A stretch of DNA of 64,000 nt, from positions 7,877,129 through 7,941,128 of the forward strand of contig CM082576.2 in the NCBI GenBank assembly GCA_040954595.2, in the 5' to 3' direction. This document shows positions 13,601 to 27,198 of the stretch, piece by piece (positions within the stretch are counted from its first letter, which is position 1; every line of letters begins with the position of its first letter). This DNA is from Balanoglossus misakiensis. Taxonomy: Eukaryota; Animalia; Hemichordata. Made by a program: the position numbers and the translations under genes. The notes below the pieces were generated by a model that was given only the letters and a program-made list of their open reading frames with translations, was not told where the DNA came from and made no database searches.

Positions 13601-16482
13601 TCAAGACAACGCACACTGAAATAAGTCATGTATTTCATTTTTACAACGTAGCTCACACCGGACGAAGAGAAAAAGCGTGTGCTCAGACGGGAGCGCAATC
13701 GACTGGCTGCGGCGAAGTGCCGCTATAAGAAGAGAGAAAGAGCGGAATTGTTAGAAATGGTAAGTGACCTTTTGTCAAGAATTACATAAAATTCGCCCCT
13801 TTGTTTTAGAGAGCATTCGGTTGGCCGGCGGAATGGTGGTAATTGCCCTCTCGCGAAGTCGGTGGAGGGACGTGGAGTTTTACAATCTGTAATTTGAAGA
13901 AGTTTTGTTTGGGTTAATATTCCTAATGGTGCACTTTGGAAGACAAGTCTGAACGGACAAACATGTCTGTTTCATTATTGCTCTTGAAATGATCGATAAA
14001 TGACATTCTGTTTGATTAAAAAGGTACCAGTACCTATTCATGTCCATTTCCTTTTTCACTGACATTTTAACCTCGCGTAATGAAGCCGCATTGCCATGGC
14101 GAAAGATAGATGATGTTCACTGGTGTGCAGAATTTGGATGCTCGTTGAAGCGTGCAATTTTGCAAATCCACAGTCAACTGATTCGCTATGTGAGTTTAAG
14201 GAAAATAACAGTCCCAAAAAACGTCCAATTCTTCGCTATACGGTAAACCGCGGGGGGAGTCTTTTCGAAAACAAAGAAGAAAACTGGGTTTCCCCGTCTT
14301 CTTTTCATGAAAATAGCTACTCCAAATTTTCTCCATAGACTTAACACAGCGATTGGAGGCCATTTTGAAGTTGGAAACTGAGACTGATTTTCAAGGTGTA
14401 TTCTACCGTAAATGGAGTGCTTCTATTAGAACGCAATTTCTCATCAGAAAATACGTTGTAACCAAAGTTTGGAGACTTTCTGAGCTCATTACTTGTATGT
14501 CGGACTTGTAAACATTAAAATGTCCAAGTGTCGGCTGATGCTGGATGGTCCAGCTGCCGCTGACCACAGCATCCCCCAACTTCGGCAATTTCGGCCAATT
14601 TCGGCGAAGCGCCATCGCACGTGGGATAAAAACTGGATTCAGATTAATTTATATTCCTACAGGCTGTCGTGAGATCTTATAACTAATAACTTAAACGCCT
14701 ACCATGGAATCAAAACCAAAACCGTTCCTTTTTCTCGGGTTCGTCTTCAGGGGGTTAGGGAATAAGTTAGAATCATGTCAGCTACGAAGCGTTCAGTGTG
14801 TCACTGAGAATTTCAAAAAGAAGGTCGACGAGGAGGAGGACGGGGGAGATTTGCATATACTAACTTGAACTACATAAAGGATGGGCCATTTTAGCGTCAA
14901 CCCGAAAAGGGTATATTAATTGGCCAGTTTTGGATTTCTTCGAGAGAGAAAAAAAACAGTATTCAATCCAGGGTGTATATTAATTAAAATCCGCTCCAGG
15001 TTTCAGACTCGACAATTGAACAGCTATGGACATGCAGGCTGCAAACGTACAAACTGACAAGTCGGCCATTATAGTTTTGCCTACACAGAACTAGATGCCG
15101 AGGATATGATTAGTATCAGCCTTGCATCATTGCTGCGTTTAGCCGGAAGAGCTCGGTTTGGGCGAGAAAGCCACTACGCATGACCTGCTTTCGACATGAG
15201 CTTTGGCAGGGACATGCACAGAACATTCCGCTCCGGTCTGTACCGCCACTGTGACTTGATAGATTTTTACGCATTGTACCGATCTTTCATGTTGTGACCC
15301 GTCTGAATCAAACAAAGACTTTTCAGTCCTTCCCATTTGCGGATTATAGATGGAAATGTGTATCATTCTGTATTAATAATGAAGGTGCGCGTTTGAGCCG
15401 GGCCGTTAATTACCGTGTGCTTCCAGAATACTTGTGAATGGATGGGTGGATTGCCATAGAAACGAGTCTGTTGCGGATAGATAAAGCTGTCCTCTGTCTC
15501 TCTTCAATGGGGAAAATGGATGTGTTTTTTTCGGCATGGGGCTTTATCGAAGACGAGCAGACTATCGACTAGGACGATTTTTCGCGCCATCTTGTCATTA
15601 GCACGCGAAATTAACAATAAAAGCAATTTGTTCCGGAAATCTTCAAGTTCCAACTATCATGTCACATTTTGAAAAAAAAAACGCCTCTTTCATCACATCC
15701 TAGGTGATGTTCGTCGTTGCACTTTACGCTTAATTGACACATTTCAGTCAGAGAGTAGGGGTTTCAGACGAGCAACACCAATTTGAAGACAGAGACAGGG
15801 ACGAATTTCTGGGGGCTATTGAAACACAGGTTTTAGAAACGCACCACTGGGAGACTGTGACCGAGCGTTTCATAGAAATCGTTATTTGTTTTTCTTTTCC
15901 GGATACCACTTGTTGAGACATGTTCAATGCGATTGGAAAAACAACAACCCAGAAAGCGAAATTTGGCCCGACCCCGTCGAAAATGTACGCGTTTCCGTGA
16001 GAGACAACTTGTACATGTTATCGGCATACCCACAAAAGAATAAAGCGTGGCTCACTTTCTTTCTATCACTGTGCTCTCTCTCTCTCTCGAAACAAAAAAA
16101 ATGCAAAAAGTGGCGGCTTTTTAGTGGGAGAACATTAACAACGACAAGTGGGTTTGTCTATGTAAACAATAAAAACATCAACCTATAAAGCAATCATACT
16201 TTCACTTGACAGGAAACAAGGCAACTTGAAGAATCCAACGACAAACTGAAGGCTGACCTGGCCAGACTGGAAGCTGAGAAGAAAAACCTGTCAGAGACGC
16301 TGCGGCTGCACACCGTTCATTGCCCGACGGGGGGAACATGGGAGTGTGAACAACTCTGCCGTACCACCGCCCGACCTGCAACAGTTCCGCCCGCGTGCCA
16401 CCCGACAGTAGCTCATCACCAGCCGTACCATCAATGGCAGAGTCCCGCGAATAACTCTTCTTGGGGAACAACGTCTTTTTAG
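10656..16482 (+). CDS. ATF3: ATF3/JDP2-like bZIP transcription factor, paralog B (4 coding exons, ~266 aa) with a duplicated N-terminal motif exon
   Basis: Exons 10656-10895, 13192-13374, 13652-13759 (108 nt, LTPDEEKKRVLRRERNRLAAAKCRYKKRERAELLEM) and 16213-16482 (ETRQLEESNDKLKADLARLEAEKKNLSETLRLHTVHC..., TAG). All junctions are phase 0. The last two exons are not in the ORF track and were read by hand. Confidence 0.85.
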
Positions 16483-19400
16483 TTGATTCAAAGTGGATAT
16501 ATATATTTTTTAGATTACCGCTTTGCAATGCAGCGTCCAAGTAGGGTTTTCGTCCGTATGTCAGTGAAATCGGTCCGGAGACTGAAACAGTTCTGCCACG
16601 GAGACACTGAATGAACCCTGGCGCACAAACTTCGGACCCTTGTAGCTTGCGATGTCAGGTTGGTTAATACACGGACTTGCAGTGCCAAATAAGTCTTCGA
16701 AGGTGGTTAATTAACTGCTTGCAAGGTTAATTCATTCACGCCTCTGTTTTCCGCTTCTTAAAGTAAAATCTTGACAACGCAAATAAAATTGAAACGTTTC
16801 ATGAAAAATTGAAGTGGTTTGGTGATTGACAAAAGATTGCCTGCAGATCAGCCATGTCACATGACCGACAGAAAATGCAAATAGTTGGCTGTGAATCCAT
16901 TGCTAGTAACTTAGGTTACTTTAAATACCCAGATGAGATCTCGAAAACATCTACTCTCGAGTTGGCCGTGTCATCCTCGGAAAGGGCCAGAGAGGAACGC
17001 GCCCCAAGCGACGAAATGATAATTTGGAGCCCAGGCTATCTCTCGTTTCAAGATTAAAACTCGTGTGCGGGCGCTCCGGCACTCCGCGGCCAGGTCACTG
17101 TAATTACATGTATTGTAATTGCATTGTGGGAAGGTACTAGGGAGCACGAAGTGAAAATATTAAGGTAGTCAGAATACGTGGGTTGTTGGAGAGTCGTGCA
17201 AAAGGGCACGTAGAATGGAAATTTCCTGTGTGGCGAACCACAGTCATTTCACAGTGACCGTGAGTGGCCCAGTGAGAAGACAGATTCGACTGTTTTGACG
17301 AAAACTTGGGAATTTGTATGCTTACACTGGAATATTTAGTTCGTCCACCTAGCTCCATGCTTAGTCTATCTCAGACAATTTTCATACGGCGCCGTCAGAA
17401 TCACCTGGAACACAGTGGACTGTGCCTGGAAGTTCTGACGAAATCAGGTTGTTGTTGTCGTTGGGACTATATTCTATGACGTCAACTCAACAACGTCACT
17501 GGTAAACAATTAACCCGGTAAAAAGGGAAGCTACGGCCATCATAGTTCGTTCCCTACTGGGTTCCCCGAGTCCGCCTATTATCTGCATGTGCTTTATCAC
17601 AGTCACTCCACACTGTGGCTTTATACTAGGGTCACCCGTACCATTCTGTTTCTTCCGTATAAGTGTACATTCATTTTATCGGAAGGGAGCAAGCTCCGGC
17701 GACGCGGCCTGTATGTGACGTCACAACTATTCACGAGGCAAGGCCATTTGATTAACAGATAACACGAACAAAGGCCTCTTGTCATTTGATTATTTAGTGT
17801 TTTATTTTCCACCTGTATACCACATTTCTATAAGAAAAGTTTGGACACTGACATTACCCAGTGACACGAGTTTAATTTAAAAATTCAATAACACATCTCA
17901 TGTAAAAATTAGAAAAAAGTAAGAAAATTCGGAAGCCCGATCGTCATTCATTAAAAAGTGAACATCGACATTGTACTCTTTCGTTTTATCAGCTGCCATC
18001 TATAACACGTGGGCCCCGATCACAACACAATAATCTTGGACATGCGAGAATAAACAACAAACAAGAATGCAAAAACACGTTCAGTTACACAGCAAGTTTG
18101 TCCCCAAGTGGGGACACATTACGAATTCACGAGATATGTGCCGTGGCAGCCAACTGGGCCGGTTAAAGATCGGGGAGAGAAGCGTTATTGTCCGGCGTGC
18201 GACAATGGCGGACAAGAATGCTGGTGGTGGTGGAGGTGGCAAACCAGCACGTATTGTTCGTTCGTATCTGACGCGGGATGACGTAATCAAATCGTGCGAC
18301 CGGATCAGTAGGTTCGTTTGTTAACGGGCTGTTTTTGCCATATAAGGTCATGTCTGGTTACGTTGCGGGTGTAAAAGATTGTGCGCTTTTTTTGGTTTGG
18401 TGCCCGGTCGGAGATGTCATGTGTCGTCCCCGCAGATACGAAGCGATTATATACATGAGGTGGCCACAGAGGTTCAGAGGTCAGATGGAGAATAAAAGAA
18501 TACATGATTTCAGCCAAAATGACAGCGAAATCGAAGCAAATCGTTAAACTAAAAGAAACAAACACACATAAACTGCTAACGTTATTTTAACAAAAATATA
18601 ACACCTCTTTAATAAAGCAAAATAACTGAACAAGAAAGAAGGCCTGCTTCAAACTTGAACTCATGAATTGTTTAATTAAACATAAACATAACCGGAAACA
18701 AAGGCAAAATATTAAACTGAGGAACCTGCCTGATAATACAATAACATATATATATTTTAACATCTGACATAAACATTTTTAATTTATATATTAAGCTATA
18801 CAATACTGGTTTAACATGGCAGAAATTAGTTTACTCTGAAAAGCGGGCAGAATGTGTACTTCTACATCTTTAAGGAGTACATCATCTCCTAATATCATAA
18901 AACAGTCTTTTTTTAAACGGGGTGATCATCCACATAAAATGCTCGACAAATTGAATTTGTCCATAGAAAATCCGACTACATGTACATCTAAAAGTTCCAC
19001 AAAGAGGCAGTGATTTATTTTTCTGCTTTGGTTGCCATAGAAATTACGTGAATAAACCTGAGACATAATGTAAAGTTATCACGACTGAGTAGCATGGTCA
19101 CGTGACATTAGCCTGATACTATTTTGTACTATCGTACTTTTCAAACAAGCAAATACATCCATGTGCAAATATTGCGTTTTAGTCTGAGACACAAGCATAA
19201 ATATAAATATAAATATACATGCACTGTATAAAGCAGTTAATAATTTATAACGCAAGGAGATACTGACCACTTGTAATTTGTTTTACGAAGTGAAGTTTCA
19301 AACACCGCTGGGTGGCTTTCTGTCTTCCTCACTAGTAGGCTGCAAAGTGCCCCCGTCACTATAGAACCTGTGACTCTCCTCAGGGAAGGGGTGGCTCCAG

Positions 19401-20163
19401 CTATTTAACTTGCGAACGTGAGAAGGCCCGCAGCTAGCTATCCTAGAGGGAATTACATCATCGATAAAAAGACATTTCAGTGTCACGTGACGATGCTACG
19501 GATATACCAACACTACGAATGTGTGTTTTTTGACAGACATGCGCAGCAATGACACTACTACTGGCTGACAAGTTAACCGACAAGAAACAGGTTTTTGTTT
19601 TTGTTTGTTTTAACAGTTTTTTCGCCTTCATTATAAAATCACAGGCATTCTGCCCTTTGACGAATGTCGTCATCACTTTGAAGAACACGAATACTTTTAT
19701 CAAACGGTACAAAAAACACCTTAAAATATAGTTGTTTCCATCACAAAAATAGCACCATCTACCAATATTCGTGTTGACATTCTCGTCCTCTACGAAATCG
19801 TACAAAAAAAGAAATTGCATCTGTGTCCCTGGTTCGGTTCTTGAGTAAGCCTTATAAGAAGTCTCCATGTTCTGGTCAGAGTGAACACATGACAATGGTA
19901 CACAATGGTAGAGGAGAAGTGATTTCGGCAAAAAATATAGACACGTAACATTTATACATTTTCATTACGAATATTCAAAGTTCAACTTGGACACCATAGA
20001 GAGCTGATATTTTCTCGTTGCTGCTACTGGAAGGAATATTGAAAGACTTGCGACTGGTTCACTCTGACCAACATTTTTTTTGTTGGGGGAGGAGGAGGTT
20101 AGTCGGGGGGAGTGCTAGTGCCATGCAAACATGCACTGCAGACCCAGCATCACTCCCTTGCCT

Positions 20164-23100
20164 CTAGAGGGCGATGAGGTTGTTAACTGAGTCCGGACTG
20201 GACATGTCACTACAGCTTTGCTCTACCTTTGTCGCTTCGTTGCCGCATGTGGCGCTGCTGCCGATGAGGGAGGAGCTGGGCAGAGAGTCCGTGTCAATGG
20301 TGAAAGTGAAGAGGCTGGACGTGGGCGTCACCACCTCCGTTGTCGGCGTTTCCAGAGCGTTCGATTTGGCCTGCGATGACGTGTACGAAGAGACGGCGGC
20401 GGCCGACGAGAAGGTGGTGGCGGGAAACACGTTCACGGCATTGTTCTGCGCCACCCTGCACATCGGCTTGTGAGCCTGCAGCAGAAACTCCAACTGTTCT
20501 TTTTGCTTTTCCAACTTGGCAATCTCGTTCTGCAAAGTTGCGTTCTTTTCCTCCCACTGTTCAGTCTCCTGTTGAACAGATATAAAGACATGTACAAATC
20601 AATACCCCGGAAAAAGAAAAGTAATTTCAAATCTTGGCCTGTGAGGGCGTCCACGGATATCTCAAACGCTGACGTAATCTGACCCAGGGACCTTGACCCC
20701 AAGCAATACAGGCGAGTGAATGAAAAACTGATTAATAATAGTACGAGGAATACTCACGTTGACTAATTCGTTTGTCTGGTCGACTCGCTTCTGACGACAT
20801 TTGGCGGCAGCAAGCTTGTTTCTCTCCCGACGAACCTTTCTCTTTTCACGCTCGTTTGGGTTGAGCTGTAGGGGAAAGGAAAAGAAAACGAATCGGTTAG
20901 ACCCTATCACAATGTCTCTCAAATCTCAATAGATCCGCGCGATGTTTTTTATTTCATTTTCCTGCCCCGTTAACTTTCATCGTTATCATCGTTTGAATTC
21001 CCGTGACGAGAAAAAAATTATCATCCTACGTATATTTCAGTTTTCGTATGAACAGGAAATACGTTATCAAAGATTTGTGACACGATCGCGATTGTAGCGT
21101 TTCAAATGCCATGCCTTTATACGAATACTGCCCATTTTTCGGAGGACAACTTGATTTCCGGCTGTTGTAAATACTACATCTAGAGATAATTATAATCAAA
21201 AGCGAACTTCTTTTGAACTGAAATTGTCCAGGGGACAAAAGGTGTGCATGTTTGCTTAAAAACAAGCGGGACACGCGACGCGGTCGGCTTGTGGGCGCGG
21301 CTCTCTCGACCACACCCAACTGGAATAGACACACCCAACTAATTCCTGGGGTCTGTACACAACCTGAACAGCGGAGTGGGGGGGGGGGCTTCCCTCAACT
21401 ATTCAGTTATACAAGATCAATACGCGTAATACAGGAATCAACGACCTAAAGCAACTGGAATGACTCATGTCAAATCGGAGAAACCATTCTCCATTATTCA
21501 TATTCTTAACAAATTAGTGGAGATTCGTGTCTATCCCCCCAAGATCCAGCGCCCTTTCCAGAAAGTACACAGCTGAAGGGACAGCTATGAATCAGCAGAT
21601 TTGCTCCACCGTTTCTTGGGTTGCAGGCGTGTAGCGCCCTTGCAGAGGGTTGATTTTTATCTGGAGCTTTCTGGTCACTAAAATGACGATAATCGGTAGA
21701 AAACTTTTTCCGTTGCCTCCATTTGATATCTCGTGGGTCCCAAATTACGAGTTTACAGCAGTTTAACCCTCTTTACCGTAAAAGCGTGGGCTTCGCCAAA
21801 GTGATGAGTCAACGCTTTTTTTTCTATGATGACTCCTACATTGGCAATGAATCAACTATCCCTGTTTTATTTCAAACCCTCTAATTTCAGTGAGTGATTC
21901 ACTACGATATATGGAGAGTTTAGTCACTTCAATTTGACAGAATTATATGCACGGGCGTCCCTGGTTTAAACACCTGTTTCTTGCCTTACGCTTACTTCTA
22001 CTTTTGTCATACAACTACTATTATTTATCGTGTTTAGAATACTTTGTGACTAGTTGCAATGCTCGACCCTATATGCTTGAAATGTGGGCAACAACAACTT
22101 TTTCTTTTTTTTATCAAACTTTTAATATAAATGAAACTTACCTCAGTGTCTGGGATCTTTCTCCTGAGTGGACCGGTGAGGTTCATGTTCACTTTTCCGG
22201 CAAAGCTTCCGTCGTCGCTCTGAATGCTGGGCGCCGGAGAGGAGCTGTTGCTCGACCTCTCGCTGCAAGTGGTACTCCGTAATTTGTTGGACGACCGCGT
22301 GATGGTGTTCACGGCGCGGATGCCCATCGGGGCGGCGTTGGTGGCGTTGGTGATCACCGGCGGTGTGAAGCCGCCGCCGTGGATGAAGTTGTCGTTGGGA
22401 ATGCTGTTGATCATGGTGCTGAAGCCCCACGGGCTGTTGCTGGGGGCGCTCGTCGGCGTCGTGCCGGTCATGGTGGAAAAAGTGGCTGCGCTGGTTAACA
22501 GCGATGGGGCAAAAGTTGATATGTCCATAACGTCGTCGGATTCGGTGTAGTCCTAGGTTTAAAAATAACGACGAGAAAGCGGTTATATTATTATCACTAA
22601 CAGATAGAACTGAGGTGGATGCCATTTAAATATTAAACAAACGCAAGGTATTGTTAATATTGACTGGAATGTCACTGACCGTGTTTGACTACAAGAATGT
22701 CCATACAAACTCATGTATTCAGGTCGTTTTTACCGATACGTATGCATGATTGTGTTGATCTGTCTACAATCAGTATTAGGTCGGTTTGCCATGTTGAAAA
22801 ATACGCGATCGGGAAAGGATTTCAGTCTCAATAAAATAGGCTAATAACCACGAGTTCGTAGTACGTAAAAATATCTGTAGCGAATATTAGTACGTGCGTT
22901 GAGAGCGTAGTATGAGAAAATCAAACGTGACCTCAACATGCTAAGTATCCTGATAAATTACAATATTTAAATTCAGGTGAGCGCATGATGAGGTTTAGTC
23001 TGTGTAGGTACGTAATAATAAATGTGTCTACAGTCTATCTAATGGCTTACCGCGCGGCGATGGTGAGTTGGGTATGGTGTAAACCTTCGGTACATAATTA

Positions 23101-23774
23101 CACTCGCTTCGAAATAAAATTCCAATAGTAATCCTGTGAAATGGTTTGAGTACTGCGGTACGAAGCCCAACGCAGTCGCTATTATACTGCCTTGTACTGG
23201 ACTGCGCCGGAACGTTCCGTGCGTAGTAAGGGTTGGCGAAAATATTGCGCAAAGGACAGTTACTTCCGCGGTCCTTTTCCGAGAATCGGCAACCAACCTT
23301 TGCATTTCCGGAGTTAAGAGTTCAGTGTCATTATTGCGTAATTAAAACTGAAGGTGACTGACCGCTAGGTGAACCCCCCTTGCCCCCGCCGGATGTGGGC
23401 ACGAGATCGGAGATCCAACAACAATACCGCGCGGGGTCTCTCCCGTCCACTGTTTACTTCCGTACCCAACCTGCGGTTAGCCAGCGTACCTCGACAAGGA
23501 CGCGCGCGCGCTGGCTAGCTAGCTACATGTGTTACAATGTTCGGATATAAAAGTAGCCACTCGTTATACCATACGGATACCGTCCAAAGAAGATCGGATA
23601 TATCTTTTCGAAGACCGAATTCGCCAAGAGAACATGAAAGCTTACCTTTGCATCGGCTGGGATGACGCCCGTGGCCATAGACGATAGCACGTCGGCCACA
23701 ACGAACTGTGCATCGTCATGCATGCTTGTTATGGTTGTATGGTCTGGCTGCACGGTACCGGGGGTATTGTACAT
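20164..23774 (-). CDS. FOS: Fos-family bZIP transcription factor (4 coding exons, ~350 aa)
   Basis: Exons 23774-23646, 22552-22142, 20865-20758 (108 nt) and 20568-20164, all phase 0. Basic region [16 protein letters not shown]; zipper ends [27 protein letters not shown] resembles Fos FIPTVTAI; LFTF is a DEF-like motif. The C-terminus [12 protein letters not shown] matches c-Fos SSPTLLAL*. Confidence 0.92.
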
Positions 23775-23939
23775 GGTTGCCGTATGACTAATTTTTGCTC
23801 GTCTGAAGCTTCGGTAGGATCCTTAAAATATTTGAACGATATCCGTTGTTGGGTGTCGTCACTTGGATATTTAAATTAGTTGTAGTAGACGAAATCTCAG
23901 AACAATATCGCCTTGTGTGATCGTAATAGCTGTCTCGAT

Positions 23940-24720
23940 GAGTCACTCACTGACTGGGATTTACCGTTCACTGAATATATACCAGTGGAACACCGAGAGC
24001 AAAGATATAAATAGCCCATGACATCAGTGTGAGTCACGTGACGTAAGCTTAGGAGAATTCACTCCACATATCAAAACAGCCAAATACTATCCACGTTCGC
24101 CTTTCACACCGCCAGTAACATTGACAAAAGTCTACACGAGCATGGTATCAAATACAATGGCTATACGGCTTTGGCCTCTAAATTATCAGAATGTCACGAA
24201 AATTTGCACAAAAATTGAACTTAAATATAGAACAACACGTCATGCCCAAGTCTCATAACGCTCTTCTCGAGATTTCTGAATATATTTACACCCAGCACCC
24301 TTTGACCCACTGACGTCAATTCCAGCCAATAGAACAGAGAAGCTTCCTTTGAATTGACGTACGAGGTACCATATTATTTACATGATGACGCATGTCAACA
24401 ATGCGGGTTCCAGGCAACCGCTTTGTCTGACGGTGCAGCTGCAAATAAAAATAATTTCATATGTAATAAGGGAGCCAAATATGGAAAGGGATCACTTTCG
24501 TCTGATGCTAATTTTAAGTCTAAGGGGCAAGTTCTCCGTAATTTTATGAATCTTCTTACGATGAATTCCCTCCATGTTATTAGCACGGCACAGCATATGG
24601 AAATACACACGGGGTCAGTTTGTAATGACCCCTCGACACGACTGAGGCAGTCAATTGACGAGGTGCTCCCGGTCTTACACGGTGACGTCTACAGCACGCA
24701 GACTGCGCGGCTTCAAGGAA
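23940..24720 (-). promoter_or_regulatory. Fos promoter with TATA/Inr, CRE/AP-1/E-box cluster, CArG box and GAS-like site
   Basis: Minus-strand TATATA at 23981-23976 with Inr TCAGT ~30 nt downstream. TGACATCA at 24019, overlapping TGAGTCACGTGACGTAA at 24030-24046, TGACGTCA at 24312, CCAAT at ~24326, CArG CCAAATATGG at 24475-24484 and TTCAAGGAA at 24712-24720. Confidence 0.65.
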
Positions 24721-27004
24721 AGTTCCAAACGCCTTAGCGTGTTTTCCCCAGTACCTCGCTAAAACCGTGTTTACAATTGTGCAATTCTGTACTTTTCCAC
24801 ACAACTCCGTAAAGGGAGAGAACCTTCGTTGTTCACGCACGAATGTGGAGATTTAATTAGGGAAGACTACCTCCGTGGAAATTTGGCTAATAATTAACGC
24901 GCTGCATGATTCGATGGTTATACGGTGTAACCACGACAGCGCAAATCGCCCCACTGGTCTCGAACAAAAATTGCGATACTGTACGCACTAAAACAGAGAT
25001 GCAGTAGGCCCTACTGCGAACAATAACGAGAAACGTTGGCGAACATCAACCAGATATATGTACGCGCAGCGATACTGATATAATTTGACCTCAGAAACAT
25101 CATGAAGGAATGCAATTGTTGCAAACCTTGAAAATCTCCTCGCGCAAGCCCCCTGTGACAGTCGAGGCCCACGTTTTACAGCTCCTTGAGAATTTTAATA
25201 TTTAAGCAGCCAAGGCCGTAATTCCAAATTACCAGTACATTGTATTTGTTTGCTGCCTCTGGTCGTTGTTTTTTTTTCACCGTCATTTTTGCTCCGCGGA
25301 ATAGAAAATAAGAAGTGAGTGCAAGTGAAATCTCAAGTTGATGAACTGTCGTCGCCAAGAAGAGCTCTGAGGATGACAGACGATGATCTATATGACCTTG
25401 TAGTAAAGGGTTGACATAATACATAGTCTACAACTTCAATCGAAAAAATAACTCCAGATGTATCGTGGTTTGTATGGCGAATTAGCAGAGATAGAGAGAG
25501 GCAGAAACGTCTCGTATAATGAAGAGAAAGGTCGGCGTATAACGACAATGATGAGTGTGTGGGAGAGAGAGAGAGAGAGAGGATGAGAAAATAGGACATT
25601 GACCTCAGTTACGTGAAAAAATCAAGATGTTAGAGTAGGTTTAGATCTCACATTTCTGTCGGAACTTAATATTAAGAAAATATAATTTAAGAAGAAGAAA
25701 CATTTCTGATTTCGTATCAGTTGAACCTACATCTATTTATCATATACAAGTGTTGAGAAAAGGTTATCGTTCGTTCAGGCGGTCAACCCTCAGTACAGTC
25801 TGAATACAGTATTTTATATTTTAATGGGAACCGCGGTTAATGCGGCGTGGATAAGTGTTTACAGTGTACAGCCGTGTATTTCCCACTTTAATTTTATTGA
25901 AACGTCTGCATTTCATTTACATTTCCGTTTAATATGGATGGTTTTTTTTTCAAATATTTGTAGTTCTACTCGAACTCAAGGTTAAGGTACGGACGCGACG
26001 TTGGGAGACATTTGTGAGTACTGGAACGAGTTGTGTTAACCCATTACATCACAACACAGTGAAAATATTCCCGAAACCATGCACCAACTTTGTTCAGCGT
26101 GTGAACTATCACATATTTATAATTTCCAACAATGCATTGTCCGCTTTCAGTTTTCAATGTTCGCTCGACAAATGACTTTGAACTCACTTCACAATGTTTT
26201 AATGTCACTAAAGCTCTTTTGACTATTTTTTCAGTATTTTTGTCCCTTGTATCAGCCATGGTCCCTTGTTCGACATCATGGTTAAATGCCTAGTATTTAT
26301 CTTCTTAAGCCCATTGTGATATATCGTTGAAATATATTATAATATATGGACTGGGAAAACAAGAAAACGTAGTTGGTGCACGAAACAAAACAGGCCTACA
26401 ATGTACTTAATAATCATAGCCAGAAGTTACAGAGAGTGGCCCTTTTTAACTTAATCTAATACCGAAAGGTGTTCACCTGGGCATTTAATGCGATATTTGA
26501 TATTACCATTGTGTGTATTTCTGCAAAATTATTGTTATCTATCGCAAAGCTAGCGACGTGAAGAGAACAAAGTGTATGGAAGTGTCATGTTCTGCCACAA
26601 TGTTTACATTTTTGCGTGTCAACTAGCCAGGAACTGCAGGTAAAATGCTGTGAAGTTGTATAGAGACATTAACGTCGCTCTCTCAGTTAACTCCAATCAT
26701 TCGTATCGGCTCTCTGCAGCATCTTCAAGCGTCTAATGTGTTGTCCTTTGAATTCTTCAACACCACGTCAGATTTAATCATCCGTTTCATATATATGTGA
26801 TACTGCACGCGAGTGTAAGGCAGTCGAGAGAAGAAAAAAAACGCTGACTCAGCGCTAACGATGAGATCACAACATGCGATGCAAGCGATGAAGTCACCCA
26901 GTCAATGAATTACAACGTCTTCTTGACCTACATCGTTCAACCACGTGCTTTCGGAGAGGTTGACTCACAGCAGGTGTGATTGCTTCTGTGTTTGTATCAC
27001 GTGA

Positions 27005-27090
27005 TGTATGTATGTACATGTATGTATGTATGTATGTATGTATGTATGTATGTATGTATGTATGTATGTATGTATGTATGTATGTATGTA

Positions 27091-27137
<47 letters not shown>

Positions 27138-27198
27138 ATGTATGTATGTATGTATGTATGTATGTATGCATGTATGTATGTATGTATGTATATGTATG
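27005..27198. repeat. (TATG)n-(TG)n-(TATG)n microsatellite
   Basis: Read directly; explains the YVCM/HTYI ORFs. Confidence 0.95.
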
